From IMG/VR virus record IMGVR_UViG_3300029318_000064, positions 1 through 30,533 of that record: a DNA stretch of 30,533 nt; one strand, 5' to 3'. Position numbers and translations under genes: made by a program. The DNA comes from a virus (taxonomy: Duplodnaviria; Caudoviricetes). Shown here piece after piece: positions 1 to 7,678 of this stretch. Every line of letters begins with the position of its first letter. Within the stretch, counting starts at the first letter, position 1. Below the pieces are notes generated by a model. That model was not told where the DNA came from. It saw only the letters and a list, made by a program, of their open reading frames with translations, and searched no databases.

Positions 1-34
1 CGTAGTAAGTTGGAAAGTAAGGACTGGTAGGCAT
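1..34 (-). CDS. gp14: Neck protein gp14, N-terminal fragment (runs off the window start)
   Basis: ATG at 34..32, 1 nt after the gp13 stop; reads MPTSPYFPTYY. Position directly after gp13 matches T4-like gene order. Only 11 codons are visible. Confidence 0.7.
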   Translation of the reverse strand, partial: MPTSPYFPTYY

Positions 35-35
35 G

Positions 36-836
36 TTATCCGATCATATCCATTGGTGGGATTGCGTACTTGCTGAGAACTTCAGATTCAATCTTCTCAA
101 TCTCTGCAAGTGCGTCTGTGTAGATTTCTCTACCGTTAAGTGTTACACCGCCAGGTAGTTGAACGTTGTTATACTTGATCAAATTCATACCCCACTGTCT
201 CTTCATCAGAGCAGTAGCATACTTCTTGACAAACATATCGTTGTTCATTTCTGTAGCATCTGTAGGATCATTAAGACGATGACACTCAATAAGAACATTA
301 GTTCCTTCTTTGAGGAAGTCTTTGTCAATATCTAAGTACAGACGATCACGGCGTGCTGTAAATCTAAACTGCTGGAAAGATCCATTGTTTAGAACCATAT
401 CTAGAGTTTCTAGATATTGCTTGTTCATATAATAGTTGAGGATATCAAGTGATCCGAATGCATAGAGATCATTTAGGAACAATTGATATTCAACGCCAAA
501 AAGATTAGAACGGATTGAGTTGCTGACAAGACCAAAAACTCTAGTAATACCAACTACATGATCTGGAATTGGAATATAGTTTGTAGCTTCCAACCAGTTA
601 GTAGTTCCTTCTGTAGTAGTTACACTAGCAGCAAACCTTGTCTTATCGTCAGCAGTGATTTCGTGGTATAAGTAAGCACGCTCCATACCGTTGTAACAGT
701 TCTCTTGGAAGAACTGAAACGTGTCGTCTATTACGTTGTTGACCTGTTCGTCATCAATGTTAACTTGCAACACGGGTTCACCAAGTTGCCTCTTGCAATA
801 TGTGATGAGTTCAGATCTAGAACTTGGAGATGCCAT
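36..836 (-). CDS. gp13: T4-like neck protein gp13
   Basis: MASPSSRSELITYCKRQLGEPVLQVN... and C-terminal KRQWGMNLIKYNNVQLPGGVTLNGREIY are typical gp13 motifs. Start placed at ATG 836 rather than the ORF-track TTG at 845; purine-rich AAGAAGGGA lies upstream. Confidence 0.93.
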   Translation of the reverse strand: MASPSSRSELITYCKRQLGEPVLQVNIDDEQVNNVIDDTFQFFQENCYNGMERAYLYHEITADDKTRFAASVTTTEGTTNWLEATNYIPIPDHVVGITRVFGLVSNSIRSNLFGVEYQLFLNDLYAFGSLDILNYYMNKQYLETLDMVLNNGSFQQFRFTARRDRLYLDIDKDFLKEGTNVLIECHRLNDPTDATEMNNDMFVKKYATALMKRQWGMNLIKYNNVQLPGGVTLNGREIYTDALAEIEKIESEVLSKYAIPPMDMIG

Positions 837-845
837 TACACACAA

Positions 846-880
846 AAATCCCTTCTTACCTATTTAGGAAGAAGGGATTT
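846..880 (-). terminator. Stem-loop upstream of gp13 (possible intrinsic terminator and/or RBS-sequestering hairpin)
   Basis: Perfect 12-bp inverted repeat AAATCCCTTCTT (846-857) / AAGAAGGGATTT (869-880) with an inner CCT/AGG extension. On the minus strand the stem ends in a T run (GGGATTTTTGTGT). Confidence 0.7.
861..867 (-). promoter_or_regulatory. T4-like late promoter (CTAAATA) for gp13
   Basis: Minus-strand CTAAATA 25 nt upstream of the gp13 ATG, at the apex of the hairpin; resembles the gp55-dependent TATAAATA late consensus. Confidence 0.65.
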
Positions 881-882
881 AG

Positions 883-889
883 TATTTAT
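883..889 (-). promoter_or_regulatory. Second candidate late promoter (ATAAATA)
   Basis: Minus-strand ATAAATA overlapping the TAA stop of the small coiled-coil gene; may be coincidental. Confidence 0.45.
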
Positions 890-1074
890 TCAGCGGGTGT
901 TTCTTCTGTTGGTGCTTCTGGTTCACCTTCTAGAAGACCTAGAGTTTCAAGACCACCAGTTAGTTTAATCTTGTACTCTTTTGCTTTCTTGAGATTTTCT
1001 TCTAGTTCTGCAATTTGCTTTTCTGTAGTAGCAATTTGCTCCTCAAAATTTTTCTTTAGTGCTGATGGGTCCAT
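886..1074 (-). CDS. Small coiled-coil hypothetical protein (62 aa)
   Basis: MDPSALKKNFEEQIATTEKQIAELEENLKKAKEYKIKL shows a heptad pattern, followed by an acidic Pro-rich tail. It fills the gap between genes and has a late-promoter motif upstream. Confidence 0.8.
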   Translation of the reverse strand: MDPSALKKNFEEQIATTEKQIAELEENLKKAKEYKIKLTGGLETLGLLEGEPEAPTEETPAE

Positions 1075-1098
1075 AGTAATCACAATGAATAGTGTGTA

Positions 1099-1755
1099 TT
1101 AATATTTAGTGTCAAAAAATTGTACTAGTGAGATTCTCTTTTCGGAAAACCACCTATCTGTAACTAGTTGTCCATGTGGTATATGACTTTCATATAATAC
1201 CATTCTATTGTATTTTGCTGGCATTTTACCAATTAAGTTTGCACCAGTACACCATGGAGTATTTTTCATATGTGGCACACAATCATAAACACCAGTTCCT
1301 TCATCAGAAGAATAATCAGTGTTCATATACCAAGTAGCAGCTATCTGATCCGTTCCATCTATATGTGGAGCGTATGAATGATCAGAAAACTTATTGTAAT
1401 CTAAATCATACATTTCAAATATATTTCCAGATAAAATATATGGATTGTGTTGCCTTACTCTCAATTCATGTTTATTGAAATATGTGTGAGCAAGATAATA
1501 AACAACCTCTGTAAACAAAGGCATTTCATCAAAGACAAACTTTATTCTTCCATCATAATATTTTGACCCATTATCAGGAGAACTATAAACACCAGGAAGT
1601 TTTACTGGATGATATGTTAAACAGTATTCTTTAATTTTTTCTGGTCTTTTCCAAAAGTTATCTACAATAAGATATTTTCCCCAAGACTCTTCTTTTACTT
1701 CTATACCTAGTTTTTCATTTATTTCAAATGTATGACTAAGATCAATAAAATTCAT
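1099..1755 (-). CDS. 2OG-Fe(II) oxygenase-like protein (DUF6445-like)
   Basis: LIVDNFW near the N-terminus, PHID (HxD), YNRMVLYESHIPHG (distal His), KRISLVQFF (2OG-binding Arg strand). ATGA overlap with the upstream gene. Confidence 0.75.
   Translation of the reverse strand: MNFIDLSHTFEINEKLGIEVKEESWGKYLIVDNFWKRPEKIKEYCLTYHPVKLPGVYSSPDNGSKYYDGRIKFVFDEMPLFTEVVYYLAHTYFNKHELRVRQHNPYILSGNIFEMYDLDYNKFSDHSYAPHIDGTDQIAATWYMNTDYSSDEGTGVYDCVPHMKNTPWCTGANLIGKMPAKYNRMVLYESHIPHGQLVTDRWFSEKRISLVQFFDTKY
1103..1109 (-). promoter_or_regulatory. Candidate late promoter (CTAAATA)
   Basis: Minus-strand CTAAATA in the last codons of the upstream oxygenase, about 30 nt before ATG 1074. Confidence 0.55.
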
Positions 1756-2303
1756 ATCTTATCATAAGCAAATTCTAGATAGTATCCATCTGCTCTAACG
1801 AAGTGGTAAAACACTTGATGAAAATATCCAGAAGAACATTGCAACTCTTCTCTCCAATGTGGAATTTCTATTCCTTTATACAAAACACCATCCCCAGGAC
1901 CACCAGTAAAGTCATACTGCTTTCCTTCATATTCAAATGATATTGGCCAATCAACACCAGTAGTATTTGAGATATTCATAGAGACGCTAACTTCACATGC
2001 ACATCTGTCAACATGTTTTCGTAAATGTGTTCCAGAAAAATAAAATCTATCAAAGTAGTATGTCGGATATACTTTTTCTCCAATTATACTTTCAATTACA
2101 GATTTTATTTCATAAACTTTGTCTCTATATTTTGGATACCGATACCTAGTAAGACTATCAACAGATCCCACTTCTTCGTCAATTTTTTCTATCTCATTGC
2201 CATCGTAGACAATCATCTTCCCGACCATGCTCATGTCAGGTTCTTCTTTCATTGACTCTACATCAACAATACCATTTAATTGGTAGATTTTCCAGTCGTT
2301 CAT
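1752..2303 (-). CDS. 2OG-Fe(II) oxygenase-like protein
   Basis: PTYYFDRFY...LRKHVDRCACEVSVSMNI (HxD) and PGDGVLYKGIEIPHWRE (distal His). Start set at ATG 2303, overlapping the upstream TGA (ATGA). Confidence 0.8.
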   Translation of the reverse strand: MNDWKIYQLNGIVDVESMKEEPDMSMVGKMIVYDGNEIEKIDEEVGSVDSLTRYRYPKYRDKVYEIKSVIESIIGEKVYPTYYFDRFYFSGTHLRKHVDRCACEVSVSMNISNTTGVDWPISFEYEGKQYDFTGGPGDGVLYKGIEIPHWREELQCSSGYFHQVFYHFVRADGYYLEFAYDKI

Positions 2304-2920
2304 CTTAAAGTAGGATCCAAATATAAAAATTGTGATAGACAATATCTACCATAACCTTTTCCAACATCAGAATTTTCCATAGTTACTTCTGTAACACCAT
2401 GTGTAAAAGCTGATGGAAATAGTATCATCTTATTATTTTCAACTGTTATTGCCATATCAAACTCAGGGAAATAAAGATCTCCTCCATTAAATTTTTTTGG
2501 TTCTTTATAGAACCAATGTAAAGAAGTAAAGCAATAACAATCTCTATGTGGCGCATAGAAATCTTTGTTTTCGTAGTAACTTAACAGAGTATTGTCTTTG
2601 TTACAGTCAACAATTCCTCTGAACATTTGACTAATTTTTGAAATTTCATTTGATAAACCACAATTAAAAAGCTTTCTATTAACTGTGAGGATATTTGATG
2701 TAGACCTGTCTCTGTAAACATCATCTAGGAATATTCCTTTATTTTGTTTCCCAACAGATCCATCAGAATATTCTGCAGCTGCCGTTTCTTTTGGTCCTTT
2801 TAATTTGTCTCCATCAAGTAAAAAATTAAATTCTCTCCATACTAATTCTAATTCTTCTGGAGAATAGAAGTCTTCTATAATCAGGAATGGGAATGGTTCT
2901 GTATAAAAATAATTTTTCAT
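2300..2920 (-). CDS. 2OG-Fe(II) oxygenase (prolyl-4-hydroxylase-like)
   Basis: YAPHRD (HxD), FNGGDLYFP, MILFPSAFTHGVTEV (distal His), GRYCLSQF (Arg). Start at ATG 2920 with ATGA overlap. Confidence 0.88.
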   Translation of the reverse strand: MKNYFYTEPFPFLIIEDFYSPEELELVWREFNFLLDGDKLKGPKETAAAEYSDGSVGKQNKGIFLDDVYRDRSTSNILTVNRKLFNCGLSNEISKISQMFRGIVDCNKDNTLLSYYENKDFYAPHRDCYCFTSLHWFYKEPKKFNGGDLYFPEFDMAITVENNKMILFPSAFTHGVTEVTMENSDVGKGYGRYCLSQFLYLDPTLR

Positions 2921-3516
2921 TTCCACCTCGGTCCAACTACCCAACCAACCAAAGACTTTCTACATCCAGAATTTACTTTTCTCACTCTATGACGTAATCT
3001 ACTATCAAAGATTATAACAGTTCCTTTCTCTTTTGGAGCAAAGAAACTTTCATTATCATCCGTTAATAGTTGAAATTCTCCTCCTGAATATTCTTCTGGA
3101 CTTGATAACTGAACTGTCATAGAAATCTTTCTAATTTTCTCCACACCAAAATTAACAAAGTCCTCTTTGGTATTATCAGTTGGAACTAAGCTATTACCTA
3201 ATGATGCGTCTACGTGCCAGTTATAATATTCTCCTTGTCCATAAGAAGAATATTGAAGTAGATCACTAGCAAATCCTTCTATGTCATACTTAAAGTTATT
3301 TTTATTTGCTAAAGTAATGTAATGGTAACAAAATCCAGCAATCCAATTTTCTGCTCCAACAAAAACAGTTTTATTCTTTCTTCTTGAATGATCAATTTTT
3401 TTATCTCCAACCATTCCTTCATTGAAAGAATTTTCGTATCCTTCCAATTCCAAGCACATAGAATCAACAATGTTGGAAGGAAGTCTTGTTTTATACCAAA
3501 GAAGTTGATTTGCCAT
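2917..3516 (-). CDS. PKHD-type 2OG-Fe(II) oxygenase
   Basis: YNWHVD (HxD), RKISMTVQLSSPEEYSGGEFQL, GTVIIFDSRLRHRVRKVNSGCRKSLVGWVVGPRWK: the characteristic C-terminal signature. Confidence 0.9.
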   Translation of the reverse strand: MANQLLWYKTRLPSNIVDSMCLELEGYENSFNEGMVGDKKIDHSRRKNKTVFVGAENWIAGFCYHYITLANKNNFKYDIEGFASDLLQYSSYGQGEYYNWHVDASLGNSLVPTDNTKEDFVNFGVEKIRKISMTVQLSSPEEYSGGEFQLLTDDNESFFAPKEKGTVIIFDSRLRHRVRKVNSGCRKSLVGWVVGPRWK

Positions 3517-3518
3517 AA

Positions 3519-4133
3519 TTACTCATCATAAAAACTACACCACCCAGTAACAATATACTTTGTTTCTGTTGGACTTACAATACCTCTATGGTAATGTGTC
3601 CAATAAGGTGGCCATATTACTAGTTTACCTTGTTCTGCTTTACATGTATAGTCCTGAAACATAAATTCAGTTCCACCTTTATCTTCAACATCGTTCAAAT
3701 AAAACATCCAAACCAAAACTCTTTTTGAAACACCAGAGTTTGGAACTTCACAATGCATAGCTTTGTATCCTTCACCAGGAAGATACCTCTGTATATTAAA
3801 TTCGTAATTTGTTCTCCATTCACAAATTGCGTTGATACCTGCGGTTTGACCATTTCCAATATCAAGATTATATTCTTCCTTATACTTTTCAAGACCCTCC
3901 TGTAGACACATTAGGAGGGATTGTAAAAGGATAGCAAAATCTGGATACTTTTCACTATTTAAAAAATCTGGGTTTAGTGATATCTCAGTATCATGTTTCC
4001 ATTGAGGATTAACACCTTCAGTTGTTTTTCCAGCAACATGTAGATCTTCTCTTTCTTCAAATAAAGAAATTAAATTTTCACATACCACAGAGGGAAGAGA
4101 GTTTTTGTACTCTTGTATGAAATTAGGATTCAT
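3519..4133 (-). CDS. 2OG-Fe(II) oxygenase (prolyl-4-hydroxylase-like, HxE variant)
   Basis: IQRYLPGEGYKAMHCE (HxE), LVWMFYLNDVEDKGGTEF, WPPYWTHYHRG, TKYIVTGW (Lys as 2OG ligand, as in prolyl 4-hydroxylases). Start taken at ATG 4133. Confidence 0.9.
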   Translation of the reverse strand: MNPNFIQEYKNSLPSVVCENLISLFEEREDLHVAGKTTEGVNPQWKHDTEISLNPDFLNSEKYPDFAILLQSLLMCLQEGLEKYKEEYNLDIGNGQTAGINAICEWRTNYEFNIQRYLPGEGYKAMHCEVPNSGVSKRVLVWMFYLNDVEDKGGTEFMFQDYTCKAEQGKLVIWPPYWTHYHRGIVSPTETKYIVTGWCSFYDE

Positions 4134-4527
4134 TCTCAATATCTTCAAGTAAATTATCTAAGGTATCATCTCTCATCACTTTTCCATGAATGACGAATTC
4201 TAGTTTTTCTTCGTCCCAATCATACTTAAATGGATATCCTGGTGCAGGAACTGGTGGAATCCAATCTTGCACATCAATATCTAAAGTCCAAGAAGGAAAT
4301 GGTTGAGGTGGGTGAAAGAAATCATGCTCTTCATTATACACAAATCTTTTTCCAATACATTTATTATGTTTTGGAATTTTCATCCACTTTGCACCCTCTG
4401 GATGAAACGGATCTGAATATAGACTTTCTTCTACTGCTAGAAAGTCCTCTTCATTTTCCCAAATAGTTACATTTAAAACGATATTATACTTCAGTAGAAC
4501 ATAACCTACACTATTTTCAAAATCCAT
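4123..4527 (-). CDS. Pro/Trp-rich hypothetical protein, possible fibre-assembly or accessory protein (paralogue 2)
   Basis: YNEEHDFFHPPQPFPSWTLDIDVQDWIPPVPAPGYPFKYDWDEE motif shared with the upstream neighbour. Function inferred only from position after a Gly-rich fibre gene. Confidence 0.7.
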   Translation of the reverse strand: MDFENSVGYVLLKYNIVLNVTIWENEEDFLAVEESLYSDPFHPEGAKWMKIPKHNKCIGKRFVYNEEHDFFHPPQPFPSWTLDIDVQDWIPPVPAPGYPFKYDWDEEKLEFVIHGKVMRDDTLDNLLEDIENES

Positions 4528-4541
4528 AATTAAAACTCAAG

Positions 4542-4913
4542 TTATTCGTTAATTACTCCATTATTTACATCGTCTGAAAATGGTGCCCAGGATCCTATAT
4601 CTTCGTTCCAATACCATCTTCCTTCTGGTTGTGGAGATGGAGCTTCCCACTCCATAGTGTGATCATTTAATTTCCAAGAAACATGTGGTCTTGGTGGATA
4701 AAATAAATTTTTTTCTGGTAAATAATTCCACCCTTGACATGGAATTTTATACATATCTACCTGATCATTACAGACCCTAACCCATTTTCCATCCAACCAT
4801 TCGGACGGATATTGCCTGTTGATAATTTCAAATTCTGTGTCGTCAATTACAGGCATACACTTAAGCACTTTATTATTTGACGCTACCAAAGCGTAGTATA
4901 CATAGTCTTCCAT
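4542..4913 (-). CDS. Pro/Trp-rich hypothetical protein, possible fibre-assembly or accessory protein (paralogue 1)
   Basis: YLPEKNLFYPPRPHVSWKLNDHTMEWEAPSPQPEGRWYWNED; starts 2 nt after the Gly-rich gene stop. Confidence 0.7.
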   Translation of the reverse strand: MEDYVYYALVASNNKVLKCMPVIDDTEFEIINRQYPSEWLDGKWVRVCNDQVDMYKIPCQGWNYLPEKNLFYPPRPHVSWKLNDHTMEWEAPSPQPEGRWYWNEDIGSWAPFSDDVNNGVINE

Positions 4914-4915
4914 AA

Positions 4916-5935
4916 TTACGATCCAATATATCTTACAATTACGACGCCGTTGCCGCCATTTCCAGCAGCTCTAGTTCCGCTGCTATATCCAGCGCCGCCA
5001 CCGCCACCGCCAAGACCAGCAGTTCCAGCACCACCAGCGTTACAGGAAGCATTTCCTCCGCCACCCGCACCACCTTGGACAGTGGTGCAGACAGGGTTAC
5101 CACAGTTAGCACCAGCGCCGCCACCACCATAATAAGTATTAACACCTGTAATATCAAACTGAATTCCATCACCACCAGGACCACCAATGTTAGGTGTTCC
5201 GTCTGTACCAGCACCACCAGCGCCGCCACCGCCGCCGCCACCCCATTCGGGACCGCCTTGGTTTCCAGCTCCACCACCGTTGCCATATCCACCACTAGAA
5301 GATGATGGTTGTAGTCCTTGAGTTCTAGATCCAGTGTATGGGTGACCACCACCTCCACCAGAACCACCAGAATTTCCTTGACCACCGCCGTTGGATCCTG
5401 ATCCACCGCCGCCGCCACCGCCACCTAGGGCAGTGTATCCATAAAATGTGCTGTCACCACCACTAGCACCTGGAGCAGCATTACCACCACCTGCTCCAGT
5501 AGCTCCTTGTCCAACAACAACCGTAAAAGTTCCTGATGTCATAGCAACGCCAGCTTGGTAGACAACTCCACCTGCTCCGCCACCACCATTACTACAGTTA
5601 CCAGAGGCAGTTCCACCTGCTCCGCCTCCACCAACTACAAGAATATCCATGGTAGAACCACTTCCAGCATCACTAACTGTGAAGGCACCACCAGAGGTAA
5701 ACTTATGAATTTTGTACTGACCAGATGTAGTTACAGTTCCACCTGATGCAGTAACAGATCCTCCTGCAGAAGCACCTTTCCATTTGGAACCATCCCAAAC
5801 TTGGACTTGCTCATCTTCTGAATTATAAATTAGATCTCCAATTACAGCACTTAACGCATCTCGCTGTGCTGTAGTATAACTTGGCAATCTTAAATTGGAA
5901 GTAATATTTAATCTTCCTACATTTAACTGTGACAT
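4916..5935 (-). CDS. Glycine-rich tail-tip/adhesin-like protein
   Basis: N-terminal anchor (MSQLNVG...LPSYTTAQRDAL...GDLIYN...WDGSKW), then ASGGTVTTSGQYKIHKFTSGG, DILVVGGGGAGG, many poly-Gly blocks and C-terminal GNGGNGVVIVRY: a phage glycine-rich domain architecture. Confidence 0.85.
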   Translation of the reverse strand: MSQLNVGRLNITSNLRLPSYTTAQRDALSAVIGDLIYNSEDEQVQVWDGSKWKGASAGGSVTASGGTVTTSGQYKIHKFTSGGAFTVSDAGSGSTMDILVVGGGGAGGTASGNCSNGGGGAGGVVYQAGVAMTSGTFTVVVGQGATGAGGGNAAPGASGGDSTFYGYTALGGGGGGGGSGSNGGGQGNSGGSGGGGGHPYTGSRTQGLQPSSSSGGYGNGGGAGNQGGPEWGGGGGGGAGGAGTDGTPNIGGPGGDGIQFDITGVNTYYGGGGAGANCGNPVCTTVQGGAGGGGNASCNAGGAGTAGLGGGGGGAGYSSGTRAAGNGGNGVVIVRYIGS

Positions 5936-5966
5936 AACAGGTAAAAATGGTGGTCTTACTCTGAGT

Positions 5967-5973
5967 TATTTAT
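5967..5973 (-). promoter_or_regulatory. T4-like late promoter (ATAAATA) heading the Gly-rich fibre/oxygenase cassette
   Basis: Minus-strand GATAAATA in the 60-nt intergenic gap, about 32 nt upstream of ATG 5935. Confidence 0.7.
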
Positions 5974-5995
5974 CAAAGTAATTGGACTCTAGTTA

Positions 5996-6661
5996 TTAGT
6001 TCATTGATGCTCCATATGCTCCACGTTTTAAAACCCTGGGGAACATATTCATTGAAATTGAAATTCTATTATCATTCCTATTCATAGGATAACCATGATA
6101 CAATCCAGACTGCCACAAAACTAGCATACCTTCTTCCAACCAATCACATTCATATTTTTCTCCAAAAACATGATTCTTACGATCCATTCTATCTAGATGA
6201 AAAGTTGGATAAGTCCTGTAGTTATTGGGATTGGTAAACTGCAATGGTGGGTGCTTCTCTTTGTCATATGACACATAGTAAGTACCACTGATAAAAGAAT
6301 TACAGTGGTTGTGTGCATCTTGATATGAATTTTTTCCAGATACGTTAAGCCAAGAATCTGTAATAGAAAATCCTCTATGATCAAATCCTGCTTCATCAGC
6401 AAATAAATTTGTTTTTCTGATTACAAAAGCCCTAAGGTCTTCAATAATATCTATTGTTTCTCTTTGATCATCAAAGAAATTTTGATCAAAGTCATTAAAA
6501 TAATGAACAATCCCCTGACCATCATTGGACTGTTCATATTCAGTACCTTTGTAGATACTAATTTGATTTGTAATTTCTTTTTTTAATTCTTCATTCTTAT
6601 CAAATTTATATACCCCAAGAATCTGAGGAAACAGAACAAGGTGATTATTGTCAATTAACAT
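5996..6661 (-). CDS. Putative 2OG-Fe(II) oxygenase (TIGR02466 / 2OG-FeII_Oxy_5-like)
   Basis: SWLNVSGKNSYQDAHNHCNSFISGTYYV (HxH), EEGMLVLWQSGLYHG, NRISISMN: the pattern of this family. Confidence 0.85.
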   Translation of the reverse strand: MLIDNNHLVLFPQILGVYKFDKNEELKKEITNQISIYKGTEYEQSNDGQGIVHYFNDFDQNFFDDQRETIDIIEDLRAFVIRKTNLFADEAGFDHRGFSITDSWLNVSGKNSYQDAHNHCNSFISGTYYVSYDKEKHPPLQFTNPNNYRTYPTFHLDRMDRKNHVFGEKYECDWLEEGMLVLWQSGLYHGYPMNRNDNRISISMNMFPRVLKRGAYGASMN

Positions 6662-6682
6662 AGCAACAAATAATAAAAATAA

Positions 6683-7669
6683 TTATGCAGGTTTTTTCTC
6701 TCTGAAGTAATACTCTAAATCTTGAGTTGAGTTATCTGGACCAGGACAAGGAGCAAGATTCATTGGTGCTCCATGATACCATTGGTCTGCTTGATATCCA
6801 CCTTCCTGTGTCTCCCAATAAAGAATAGATCTTCTATTTAATGCATTTGTAAAACCACCAAAACCATTATTATTTAAGTTATAAGAAGAGTTCCACGCAA
6901 TACCAGGGTAGCTTGGTCCATTTTCATATCTAGCTCCATTAGAGGATCCCAATTTAGAAACTAATCCAGATGGACCAGTATTACTCATTTTAAAATATGC
7001 GGTGATTGGGAGACCTGGGTCTGGATTGAATGACCAATTGGAGTTGTTGGTGCTATCAAATCTATTGTAATCAGCAATATTCCAAATAAGAATAACATTA
7101 GAATTATTAGTTCTTCTGCACATCAGATGACTCAAAGAATTATCAATTCCAGCGACTGATTTTGCAAAATCCATTCTTGAAAATGTAACTCCAGTTGATT
7201 TGGAATCAGTTTGGATTGTTCCATATGTGTTAAACAATGGCATATAATAACTAGAATTACCAGGAGACAATGCTCCAACAGTAGTTCCTTTATTAGTACT
7301 AATAGTACCAGAATATCCGATCATCATCCAACCACCACCATCGGTAGTCATATCACAATATACTTGAACGGCACTACCAGGATAATTATCAGGTCTAATC
7401 CAATAAACACCGTCTTGTGAGTCTGGAAATGCTTCTTTGATAGCAACTGCGGATACAGCAGCTGCTTCTGGACTGGATCCATCAGCCCCAGCAGAGTCAC
7501 CTAGATTAAACCAATCTGTTCCGTTACTGAATCTAATACTACCATTAACAAAGCACAAATCTCCAGCTTGTTTGTTCTGGGGATCCGATGCTGTGACAGG
7601 AAGTGTAGGGACGGGAATAGAAGTACCATTCACATCCCTGACGGTTCCTACTGTTAGTTCTGAAGCCAT
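6683..7669 (-). CDS. Tail-tip-like protein with fibrinogen-like YCDxxxxGGGW domain
   Basis: DGSSPEAAAVSAVAIK...DGVYWIRP...VQVYCDMTTDGGGWMMIG matches the N-terminal subdomain of fibrinogen C-terminal/intelectin-type domains. The N-terminus resembles that of the Gly-rich protein. Confidence 0.8.
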   Translation of the reverse strand: MASELTVGTVRDVNGTSIPVPTLPVTASDPQNKQAGDLCFVNGSIRFSNGTDWFNLGDSAGADGSSPEAAAVSAVAIKEAFPDSQDGVYWIRPDNYPGSAVQVYCDMTTDGGGWMMIGYSGTISTNKGTTVGALSPGNSSYYMPLFNTYGTIQTDSKSTGVTFSRMDFAKSVAGIDNSLSHLMCRRTNNSNVILIWNIADYNRFDSTNNSNWSFNPDPGLPITAYFKMSNTGPSGLVSKLGSSNGARYENGPSYPGIAWNSSYNLNNNGFGGFTNALNRRSILYWETQEGGYQADQWYHGAPMNLAPCPGPDNSTQDLEYYFREKKPA

Positions 7670-7678
7670 GTTATTATC

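Noticed and set aside
886-1074. Fibritin (wac) assignment for the coiled-coil gene before gp13
   Set aside because: Only 62 aa and no foldon-like motif; position alone is insufficient.
4939-5424. 161-aa Val/Ala-rich minus-strand ORF and 60-aa Pro-rich plus-strand ORF (4950-5132)
   Set aside because: Expected shifted-frame and antisense shadows of GGN-rich poly-glycine codons; no independent RBS or promoter evidence.
4916-7669. Diversity-generating retroelement or invertible tail-fibre cassette
   Set aside because: No reverse transcriptase, recombinase, near-identical template/variable repeat pair or oppositely oriented fibre fragments seen in the window.
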